The position numbers were made by a program, and so were the translations under genes. Below the pieces are notes generated by a model, which had not been told where the DNA came from, searched no databases, and saw only the letters and a program-made list of their open reading frames with translations. From Alphaproteobacteria bacterium (GTDB lineage Bacteria > Pseudomonadota > Alphaproteobacteria > SMXP01), in the NCBI GenBank assembly GCA_021774915.1, contig JAJFIO010000054.1, positions 1-54,605 on the forward strand: 54,605 bases of DNA, read 5' to 3'. Of the stretch, positions 19,252 to 26,839 are shown one piece after another (the stretch's first letter is position 1; the number at the start of each line of letters is the position of its first letter).

Positions 19252-20229
19252 TCAACCTTGGTAACCGTATCCATCAGGTGAACCTTCCTGCTTCAAATCG
19301 GACACAAGCGTCTGTGTTTTTCTAAATGTGCTGAAAATAAGCTTGCGCATCCATTGGTGCGCCGGATCTTTGTGATATCGCTCGTGCCAATATTGCTTAA
19401 TACCGAAAGGATTTAGATAAAATGGCGGTTTTAAGATCTGCAAACGATCTCCATAATCCAACGCATAGGCAAGGCCTGACGGTGCCGTGATAATGTAATT
19501 CGAGTGCGCTGCGATAATAGCGCCCGCAAGAAAATTGCTGGATGTAAATCGATGATTCTCTTCGGGACAGAAAGCAAGAATCTCCCGTTCCATAAAGTCG
19601 TGAAAATGTTCTGCTCCCGCCGCCGAAACAAAGATGTGCTGCGCCTGACGATATTGCTCCATATCGATGGAGCCACGAATCGTCGGGTGATCACCGCGCA
19701 AGAGACATACATAAAATTCTCTATAGAGCAATTGTTCCTGAATACCGGCGTTCAGTTTCGGGTATGCGCCGAAGGCTAAGTCTGCCTCGCCAGTTTCCAA
19801 TTTGTGTACAAGAGATTTGTCACCTAATGACACAGCGTTTAACCGCACCCCGGGGGCCAGATCACTGATAACGCCAGCCAAGCGTGAAAACAAAATTACA
19901 TGCCCGACATCTGATGATACGATATTGAAAACTCGCCGTGAAGTCGCAGGATCAAATACAGGCGCCTTAGCATGAGTCAACTCTGACCGGTACAACTGCA
20001 ATATCAAATCCACAGAATCAATGAGCGCAAGAGCAGTTGGCGTCGGTTCCATGGAATTTTGCGTTCGGACAAAAAGCGGATCATCAAAATAGGCGCGTAA
20101 CTTATTCAACATCCTGCTGATGGAAGGTTGTGACAGCCCGAGTGCCGCCGCCGCCGCACTAACCTGGCGTTTGCGTATCAGCATCTGAAAAACCTGCAAT
20201 AATTTAAAGTCTAAATCACCGCTGCTCAT
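19252..20229 (-). CDS. LysR family transcriptional regulator
   Basis: N-terminal HTH (QVSAAAAALGLSQPSISRMLNKLR) plus a substrate-binding domain. It is divergent from the ring-cleavage dioxygenase. Confidence 0.85.
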   Translation of the reverse strand: MSSGDLDFKLLQVFQMLIRKRQVSAAAAALGLSQPSISRMLNKLRAYFDDPLFVRTQNSMEPTPTALALIDSVDLILQLYRSELTHAKAPVFDPATSRRVFNIVSSDVGHVILFSRLAGVISDLAPGVRLNAVSLGDKSLVHKLETGEADLAFGAYPKLNAGIQEQLLYREFYVCLLRGDHPTIRGSIDMEQYRQAQHIFVSAAGAEHFHDFMEREILAFCPEENHRFTSSNFLAGAIIAAHSNYIITAPSGLAYALDYGDRLQILKPPFYLNPFGIKQYWHERYHKDPAHQWMRKLIFSTFRKTQTLVSDLKQEGSPDGYGYQG

Positions 20230-20378
20230 GGCATCGCAAGCTCCCTATGGGGCTGATACTGCGGCTTAATTATGCAAAACACAAATAGTATCTATACAGC
20301 TAGATTGCTTGAGCCGAATAATGGGGGCGCTATAATGCGGATGAAATTTCCAGCCCAACCGGATGAAGGGAGAACACA

Positions 20379-21353
20379 ATGGCTATTGAACTACCAGAAA
20401 CCCCCAGCAAGGCGCTTCTTGGTCATCACCATGTAACGGTCGGTGTCGGCAATCCGCAGGAAGACTTTGACTTTCATACCAAAGTGTTGGGTCTCAAGTG
20501 CGTTAAGCGTACACTTTTTTACGATGGCGCGGTGCCGGTCTACCATTTTTATTATGGCAATGACGTTGGTGAGGAGAGCTCGCTCATTACGACATTTCCG
20601 GTTGAACATCTGGGCGTAAAGGCCACTGAAGGCAGCGGGCAAGTCAGCCATATCGGCCTTTCAGTTCCTAAGTCTTCTCTGGAATACTGGAAACAACGGC
20701 TGGAAGACCACAATATTTCCGTGACGGAAAACGAAAAATTCGGCGAGCGTCGGCTTGATTTCCGCTCCCAAGACAATATTCGCCTTTCCATGATCGCGGT
20801 GGCGGATGACCACCGCATGCCCTATAGCGCGGGCCCTGTTCCAGCGGAAAACATGATACGCGGCACGCATTCCATCGGTGTTTCAACGCGAGAAATGGAG
20901 TTCATGACTGAATTCATGGAAGTCGCATGGGGATGCAATTATGAGGCAAGTGACGGCAATTGGCGGCGATACAGTATGGGCGCAGGGGGCTCCGGAACCT
21001 ACACAGATTTCGAAATCGAGCCAGACCGCAAGTCCGGTAGCTGGACCGTCGGCGAGGGAGCGATACACCACATGGCCTATAATTGCCCCGATCGGGAAAC
21101 CCAAGACAGGATCAAGTTCTTTGTCGAGGGTCTTGGCTACACGGATTTTTCCGATGTGAAAGATCGCGGTTACTTCGATTCGATTTATGTGCGCACGCCG
21201 TCAGGTGCACTTTTTGAAGCCTGTGTTTCGCACAATCCATCCTTTCTCTGCAATGAGACCTATGAAGAATTGGGAACGAAAGTCATGATGTCTCCGCAGA
21301 TCGAAGCAAACAAGGAAGAGGTTATGGCTATTATTGGGATGGTTGAGGATTAA
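20379..21353 (+). CDS. ring-cleaving dioxygenase, VOC superfamily (PcpA/LinE/MhqO-type hydroquinone dioxygenase)
   Basis: GHHHVTVGVGNPQEDFDFHTKVLGLKCVKRTLFYDGAVPVYHFYYGN and a second VOC repeat (IHHMAY...DRGYFDSIYVRTPSGALFE). It is about 320 aa, like PcpA/LinE. Confidence 0.7.
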   Translation: MAIELPETPSKALLGHHHVTVGVGNPQEDFDFHTKVLGLKCVKRTLFYDGAVPVYHFYYGNDVGEESSLITTFPVEHLGVKATEGSGQVSHIGLSVPKSSLEYWKQRLEDHNISVTENEKFGERRLDFRSQDNIRLSMIAVADDHRMPYSAGPVPAENMIRGTHSIGVSTREMEFMTEFMEVAWGCNYEASDGNWRRYSMGAGGSGTYTDFEIEPDRKSGSWTVGEGAIHHMAYNCPDRETQDRIKFFVEGLGYTDFSDVKDRGYFDSIYVRTPSGALFEACVSHNPSFLCNETYEELGTKVMMSPQIEANKEEVMAIIGMVED

Positions 21354-21374
21354 GGGATATACTGAGCTGTGACC

Positions 21375-21431
21375 TGCTCCCCAACTTTGGACCGCCGGAA
21401 GGTAGCGTTTTTCGGGCTTTGAGGTGCACCC
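21375..21431 (-). mobile_element. Tn3/Tn21-family terminal inverted-repeat-like relic (copy B)
   Basis: The minus strand of 21431-21394 reads GGGTGCACCTCAAAGCCCGAAAAACGCTACCTTCCGGC, about 19 of the first 24 nt identical to the recalled Tn21 IR. It is homologous to 12432-12489 and in the same orientation. Its tip abuts the truncated recombinase reading frame. Confidence 0.5.
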
Positions 21432-21698
21432 AATCTGGTCAAAGCGCTCACGCGAGCGCATGTCTGGCGGGACATGATTGAAGCGGGCGGAGTGAAATCA
21501 CTATCAGAACTCTCAGTGCAGACCGGAGTGGAGCGCTCCCATCTTCGCGCCACGCTGCACCTTGCTTTCCTTGCACCCGACATTGCCCAGGCGATCCTTT
21601 CGGGTCGCCAGCCTCGATCACTCACTTTAAGCGCATTGCTTAACGCCAATTTGCCCGTGAGCTGGGCCGCACAACGGCAACTCCTCAGGCTTATTTAA
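21432..21698 (+). pseudogene. 3' fragment of a serine-recombinase (resolvase/invertase-type) family gene, 5' part missing
   Basis: The frame reads NLVKALTRAHVWRDMIEAGGVKSLSELSVQTGVERSHLRATLHLAFLAPDIAQAILSGRQPRSLTLSALL...LPVSWAAQRQLL. From memory this resembles the conserved C-terminus (LLAPDIVEAILDGRQP...W.EQR) of alphaproteobacterial recombinase-family proteins. An in-frame TGA at 21420 and the IR-like relic lie immediately upstream. Confidence 0.45.
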
Positions 21699-21884
21699 AC
21701 CATCACACCCAGAACTGAGGGTCAATCATTGGACGCCGGAGCAAGGGCGCCCAAAGGCCGCCTTATTGCTCCCAAATGAGCGCACATGCCAACCCAATAG
21801 CCTCCACTTCGACACACGGCAGCGCGCAACTGCCACGGCTTATCCAGCGGCGCCCGAAAACAGAGCAGAGTTGGAATAGAGAAG

Positions 21885-21902
21885 TGGCGCACCAGGGAAG
21901 AT
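21885..21902. repeat. imperfect direct copy of the tRNA-Arg 3' end (candidate island att repeat)
   Basis: TGGCGCACCAGGGAAGAT versus 31461-31478 TGGCGCACCCGGCACGAT. The first 9 nt are identical and 15 of 18 match overall. It has the same orientation and starts exactly at the CCA end. Confidence 0.4.
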
Positions 21903-22023
21903 GGAAATGAGAACTGGGTGGTACTGGTTCATGTGCCCTACCGCATAGCAAAATCACAGAAATGAGTTTCTGAAACTCAAATCCCTTTTCGACCAGAGTC
22001 ACAAAGCAAATTCTATTTCCTAA

Positions 22024-22127
22024 GATAAAAGGGAGGGGATGGCATAGCCACCCCCTCATTTTTCGTCGTTTAGACTTATTACGACTGTTAGTCCATACCG
22101 ATCAGGATCTGCTACGTTCCCGTGGAC
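22024..22127 (-). ncRNA. tracrRNA (predicted), divergent from cas9
   Basis: Anti-repeat at 22118-22078, complementary to the minus-sense CRISPR repeat: 30 Watson-Crick pairs, 2 G:U pairs, 1 mismatch and a 5-nt bulge. It is followed by an AAUAAGUC linker, an 11-bp GC hairpin and a U tract. The ends are estimated. Confidence 0.7.
22027..22057 (-). terminator. intrinsic terminator of the predicted tracrRNA
   Basis: The minus strand reads GAGGGGGUGGC-UAU-GCCAUCCCCUC followed by CCUUUUAU. The single non-canonical pair is G:U on the minus strand but A:C on the plus strand. Confidence 0.65.
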
Positions 22128-22133
22128 GTTGCA

Positions 22134-22162
22134 ATGGTGATTGACTCTAGCGATCATGTCAA
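22134..22162 (-). promoter_or_regulatory. candidate sigma70-type promoter for tracrRNA
   Basis: The minus strand has TTGACA (22162-22157), a 17-nt spacer and CACCAT (22139-22134). The -10 is weak. Confidence 0.35.
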
Positions 22163-22200
22163 CAACCATGACAGGAAATCGACAGTTGAGAGGGTTTCTT

Positions 22201-25200
22201 ATGGTCGAACCTGCGCGGAAAATGCGATATCGCCTCGGAATTGACGTGGGTGTTGCCTCGCTGGGCATTGCTATCGTGGAACTGGGCAGCCCAACAAGTT
22301 CAACGCAGGGCAACTTTCCAACTCACATAGTTGGTGGATCGGTGCGAACCTGGCCTATTCCCGAGGGAGCCGCCGAACGCCGCCAAAAGCGGGCAATGCG
22401 ACGTAATATTGAACGTCGAGAACGACGTTTGGACAGGCTTTCTGACCTGCTGGCTGAGAATGGACTGGGCTATCCGAGAAAAGGTGTTCCAAAGGAGCTC
22501 TTGGACAAATCCCCCATAAAATTTCGTGCCAAGGGGTCTCGTGAAAAAATCGGATTGGATGAATTCTCCCGAGCCCTGCTTCACATGGCGCGCCATAGAG
22601 GGAGTAGCGCTTTTCGAGAGTCAGATATCAAGGACGAAAAAGAGGCGCGGCAGACAGCCGAAGCTATTCGAAGTCTGCGCAAGGAAATGAAAAGTAAGAA
22701 TTTTGCGACCTACGGCCAGTTCTTGCGTTGGCGTGAAAAAAAGAACCTTCCCATACGTATCAATCAAACAAAAGCCGCTGGTAACAAGGATGAATATGCC
22801 TTCTATCCCAGCCGTGAAATACTTCGTGAAGAATTTGAAGTAATCTGGAATGAGCAGGCGAAATATTATCCCGCCGAATTGACCGTCACATTGAAGGATA
22901 AAATTAAAAATGAACTCTTCTTTCAGCGAGCGATCACCTCTCCTCCTCCCGCAGATTGTCCGTATTTTTCTGATGAGCAAAGAATTGCACGAGCTTCCCG
23001 CTTATTTCAGATCAGGCGTATTTATGAGGAAGTAAATCATTTGCGCTTTTACAAGAAAAATGGAGAGGTGATTGACTACACACTGGAGCAACGCGATCAG
23101 ATTGTAGCTCGGCTCATGTCAGGGGAAACCCTTAGCTTTGCCGAGATCAAAAAGACCATTGGCCTGGACAGAAGGGATAAAGTCAGCCTTGAGAGCGCAA
23201 AAACACGCAAAGGCATTGATGGATATCCGTTTGATGCTGCTTTGGGGCAGGAAGAGGTTCTGGGAAGTATCTGGCTCAACGCCAATGAAGCCAAACAAGA
23301 TGAAATCCTACGAATTCTGGCTACAGAGCACGATGACAAGCTCGCTATTGAGAAACTTTCACGACTTTTGGGCGACGATCAGGATGCGGCCAAACGCACT
23401 CTTCAGGTTCCACTACCCAAGGGCTGGGGTCATATGGGTTTGTCAGCAACGGTCAAGATTTTGAAAGAACTAAAACGTGAAGTCATTCCCGCGCGAGTGG
23501 CCGAGGATAGAGCTGGTCTCTTTCATACATCAACACCTGACGGTGTCATCTATGACCGGCTCCCATATTATGGTGTAGTTTTGCGTGGACACACTGTTAA
23601 GCCCATTTGGGTCTCAAGTTATCGAAGAGATACCGACCACCCACCGAAAACAAATTCGTTAGAGCAAGAATCTGGACGCATTCCAAATCCTGTTGTTCAC
23701 CTCGCTCTCAACCAAATTCGGCAGACAGTGAACGCTGTTATTGAGAAGTATGGCCTTCCCGAAGGTATCCACATCGAGCTTGCGCGCGACCTCAACAAGA
23801 GTGCAGAAGCGCGGGATGAAATTGACAAACAGAACGAGATAAACCGAAAAAAGAACGACACGGTTCGCTCAATTCTTGAAGGACGCAATGTAACGGTCAA
23901 TCATATTAATATTCAAAAATACAAATTGTGGCAGGAGCAAAGTGGAACTTGTGTCTACACAGGAGAACCAATTAACCTGGATCGCCTCTACTCTGATGAC
24001 GTTCATATTGACCATATTCTTCCTCGTTCAAAAACCTATTTGGACTCTATGGCCAACAAAGTTGTCTGCACACGAGGGGCTAATGCCGATAAAGGCAATC
24101 GCACACCCTATGAAGCTTTTTCTCATGATGCTGATACCTGGGCCTCGATTATGCGGCGTGTTAAAAAACTTCACGACAACAAGAAATGGCGTTTCAATGC
24201 AGATGCCATGAAAAATTTCGAGGACGATAGTGAGAGTTTTCGTGCTCGTTATGGGACTGACAATTCCTACATTGCGAGGGTTGCCAGGCAATATTTGAGC
24301 TGCCTGTATGGTGAACCCACTAAGGTTATTGCTGTCTCAAGTCATATTGTTGGACTTTTGCGTGGCAAATGGGGATTACTCAAGATTCTGGGCGAAAAGA
24401 GTACAGGCAAGAAGGCGCGTGATGATCACCGCCATCACTTTATCGATGCCCTGGTCACCGCCTGTGCGACTCGCGGCATGGTTCAGAAAATTCAAACGGA
24501 AGCGGCGCGGTGTGAACGTGAAAATCTGGAAACTTTCGTACAAAAAATCCAACCGCCCTTTGGTGAGTCAAAAGAGTTTTTCAACTCAGCCAGAGAGGCG
24601 ACATTGGAACGTGTCACTCTTTCACGCAAACCTGATCACTCAAATGAGGGGCAACTGCACGAAGATATCTTGCGGGGGATCGTGGACGGGCCGGATAAGT
24701 CTGGAAAATACACCTGCCGAATACAGAAAAAATTAAGCGACTGCGAAACACTTGCCAAATTCGATAAATCGACATTCAAGGCAACCTTGCCCGAACTTCC
24801 CGAAATACGCACAGCAAAGGCGACCCTGGAAGAACTGAAAAACTCAATACGGAATCATATCCACACTGCGAAACAAGAGCTTGAGACAGAACATGCCGCC
24901 GATGTTGCGTCCGGGAAGAAAGGCAAGGCGATATCTGATCACGCGATTTTTTCAAGAGCTGTTAACTTGCATCAGATCGCTGGTGGCAGATCCACCTTCA
25001 CGCTCTATGAAAAAAGCAAACTGGTGAATATACGCCGGAGCAAGAATGGTAATCGTGCGACAGGGGGCTATATCAGCGGAAGAAACCATCGCATGGATTT
25101 CTACCTGGATGGTAAACAGAAAGTGAAATGGCAATGCATTTCCATGTTAGAGGCCAACGATCCCCATTTCGTGCCAGACGCTAAAAGAAAAGGTTGCGAG

Positions 25201-25479
25201 TGGTTGTGGTCAGCCCACAAGGAGGATGTTCTATTGATGGACAATCCTGATAATGCAAATGAACGGATCCGTGTCATTGTCGCAAAATTCAAGAATGGCT
25301 ATCTTGGAGTAATTCCTGAAAGTGATGCCCGGGACTCAAAAGAAAGGACGCTTTGGGAAAAAGGACTCCAATTCTACTACAAGGCCGGCGCGCAACGCAT
25401 TGTTCTTGATGCGCTGGGAGATATAGTCTGGTACTTCCCTGCCCTTCCACGGTCCGGCAAATTAGAGGTAGCTACATGA
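22201..25479 (+). CDS. cas9: Cas9, type II-C
   Basis: RuvC-I motif MRYRLGIDVGVASLGIAIVEL, Arg-rich bridge helix RRQKRAMRRNIERRERRLDRL, HNH motif DIDHILPRSKTYLDSMANKVVC...ANADKGNRTPYEAF, and RuvC-III motif DDHRHHFIDALV. It is about 1090 aa. The start is taken at ATG 22201, with GAGAGGG 6 nt upstream; ATG 22222 is also possible. The track ORF start at 22141 overlaps the tracrRNA promoter. Confidence 0.93.
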   Translation: MVEPARKMRYRLGIDVGVASLGIAIVELGSPTSSTQGNFPTHIVGGSVRTWPIPEGAAERRQKRAMRRNIERRERRLDRLSDLLAENGLGYPRKGVPKELLDKSPIKFRAKGSREKIGLDEFSRALLHMARHRGSSAFRESDIKDEKEARQTAEAIRSLRKEMKSKNFATYGQFLRWREKKNLPIRINQTKAAGNKDEYAFYPSREILREEFEVIWNEQAKYYPAELTVTLKDKIKNELFFQRAITSPPPADCPYFSDEQRIARASRLFQIRRIYEEVNHLRFYKKNGEVIDYTLEQRDQIVARLMSGETLSFAEIKKTIGLDRRDKVSLESAKTRKGIDGYPFDAALGQEEVLGSIWLNANEAKQDEILRILATEHDDKLAIEKLSRLLGDDQDAAKRTLQVPLPKGWGHMGLSATVKILKELKREVIPARVAEDRAGLFHTSTPDGVIYDRLPYYGVVLRGHTVKPIWVSSYRRDTDHPPKTNSLEQESGRIPNPVVHLALNQIRQTVNAVIEKYGLPEGIHIELARDLNKSAEARDEIDKQNEINRKKNDTVRSILEGRNVTVNHINIQKYKLWQEQSGTCVYTGEPINLDRLYSDDVHIDHILPRSKTYLDSMANKVVCTRGANADKGNRTPYEAFSHDADTWASIMRRVKKLHDNKKWRFNADAMKNFEDDSESFRARYGTDNSYIARVARQYLSCLYGEPTKVIAVSSHIVGLLRGKWGLLKILGEKSTGKKARDDHRHHFIDALVTACATRGMVQKIQTEAARCERENLETFVQKIQPPFGESKEFFNSAREATLERVTLSRKPDHSNEGQLHEDILRGIVDGPDKSGKYTCRIQKKLSDCETLAKFDKSTFKATLPELPEIRTAKATLEELKNSIRNHIHTAKQELETEHAADVASGKKGKAISDHAIFSRAVNLHQIAGGRSTFTLYEKSKLVNIRRSKNGNRATGGYISGRNHRMDFYLDGKQKVKWQCISMLEANDPHFVPDAKRKGCEWLWSAHKEDVLLMDNPDNANERIRVIVAKFKNGYLGVIPESDARDSKERTLWEKGLQFYYKAGAQRIVLDALGDIVWYFPALPRSGKLEVAT

Positions 25480-26408
25480 GTTGGCAAATTGTTGACGTTG
25501 TAGAAGATGGGCGCTATCTGCATACAGACCGTGAGTGGATGGTTGTTAAGGAAAATCAGATTGAAATCGGTAGAATACCTTTGACCGATATTCAATCAAT
25601 CCTGGTGCATGCGGGTTATGCCACCTATTCACATGAACTTTTACTGCGTCTGTCTGAATATGATATACCTCTTGTCATCTGTGACCACCGCCATGAACCT
25701 ATTTCCATTCTCCTATCACTGAGCGGTCACCACAAACAGGCCGGTCGCGTAAGGGCGCAATCAGAAAGCACAATACCTGTGAGAAAGCGCGTCTGGCGCG
25801 ACCTTGTAAAGAAGAAGGTTCTTGAACAGGCAAACAGCCTTAAACCATTTGATCGCATCGGACATGACGGCCTTCGAAAATTGGCATCAAAGGTAAAATC
25901 TGGCGACCCGGACAATATTGAGGCTCGTGCAGCCCGATACTATTGGCCACGCCTCTTTGATAAAACCTTTCGAAGAGATCGCAGCCAGCCGGGTCTCAAT
26001 GCACATTTGAATTACGGCTATACTATTCTGCGCTCTGCTGTGGCTCGGGCGATTACCGCCGCTGGCCTTGTACCATCACTGGGTGTTGGGCACGTTAACG
26101 CCCGCAACAATTTCTGTCTTGCCGATGATCTCGTGGAACCATTCCGGCCTTTGGTGGATCGGTTGGTATGGAAAAACCGGAGCAAATGGGCGGACGAATT
26201 GACGCCGGAAGCTCGTAAGGAACTCGCGGGCATGATGTCTAGGTCAATCCGGACGGAAGATGGAGAAACAGACCTCTTTCGTACCATGACGATGGTCGCC
26301 ATCAGTCTGGCAAACCTGTTCGAAGGCACCGTGAGCAAGCTTTATATGCCCGGAAAAGTAGCATTTGTGGACTCACCCCGGTTCCCCGGATTTGAGATCG
26401 GATCGTAA
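25476..26408 (+). CDS. cas1: Cas1 integrase
   Basis: LNYGYTILRSAVARAITAAGLVPSLGVGHVNARNNFCLADDLVEPFRPLVD. ATGA overlap with the cas9 stop. Confidence 0.92.
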   Translation: MSWQIVDVVEDGRYLHTDREWMVVKENQIEIGRIPLTDIQSILVHAGYATYSHELLLRLSEYDIPLVICDHRHEPISILLSLSGHHKQAGRVRAQSESTIPVRKRVWRDLVKKKVLEQANSLKPFDRIGHDGLRKLASKVKSGDPDNIEARAARYYWPRLFDKTFRRDRSQPGLNAHLNYGYTILRSAVARAITAAGLVPSLGVGHVNARNNFCLADDLVEPFRPLVDRLVWKNRSKWADELTPEARKELAGMMSRSIRTEDGETDLFRTMTMVAISLANLFEGTVSKLYMPGKVAFVDSPRFPGFEIGS

Positions 26409-26440
26409 GCAAATGTTCAACTCAAACAGAGAGCCTGACC

Positions 26441-26767
26441 GTGCTTTCATCGTACAAGATTATGTGGCTGCTCGTTGTTTTTGACCTGCCTGTCGGCTCA
26501 AAGAGTGAACGACGCAGGGCAACGGGCTTTCGAAATAGGCTGCTCGACGAGGGTTTTTTTATGAAACAATTCTCGGTCTACCTGAGATCATGCCCCAACC
26601 GGCCAAGCGCAGAGGCCCTAGCGGACCGAATTGGCAAAAACGCGCCGCCAGAAGGAGATGTTTCAATTTTATTTTTCACCGACAAACAATATGGCCTCAC
26701 CCGGAATTACGCGGGCAAAGCCATTAAAGAAACCGAAGAAAAACCACCTCAGCTTCTATTATTCTAG
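26441..26767 (+). CDS. cas2: Cas2
   Basis: MWLLVVFDLPVGSKSERRRATGFRNRLLDEGFFMKQFSVYLR ferredoxin-like fold pattern. The start is GTG 26441 or ATG 26462. Confidence 0.88.
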   Translation: MLSSYKIMWLLVVFDLPVGSKSERRRATGFRNRLLDEGFFMKQFSVYLRSCPNRPSAEALADRIGKNAPPEGDVSILFFTDKQYGLTRNYAGKAIKETEEKPPQLLLF

Positions 26768-26839
26768 CGCGTTTATGTTGTTTTTAAAGCACCCATATTC
26801 AAGTAACATGTTGTTTTAATTCATCTTAAGAAGATCGGT

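Noticed and set aside
20280-20310. LysR T-N11-A box in the LysR/dioxygenase intergenic region (TAGTATCTATACA)
   Set aside because: It has only a short, imperfect dyad and cannot be distinguished from chance by eye.
22141-22200. N-terminal extension of cas9 (track ORF starts at TTG 22141)
   Set aside because: The RuvC-I motif begins right after Met 22222. A good Shine-Dalgarno precedes ATG 22201. The extension overlaps the predicted tracrRNA promoter.
21763-22313. Minus-strand ORFs of 98 aa and 85 aa upstream of and overlapping the cas9 start
   Set aside because: They have no recognisable motifs and a Cys/Pro/Arg-rich, low-quality composition. They overlap the tracrRNA, its terminator and the cas9 5' end.
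26768-26839. AT-rich cas2-proximal segment as a classical transcriptional leader for a plus-strand array
   Set aside because: The tracrRNA complementarity, the wobble pattern and the repeat architecture all indicate minus-strand crRNAs. The segment may still act as the integration-side leader, which I cannot test here.
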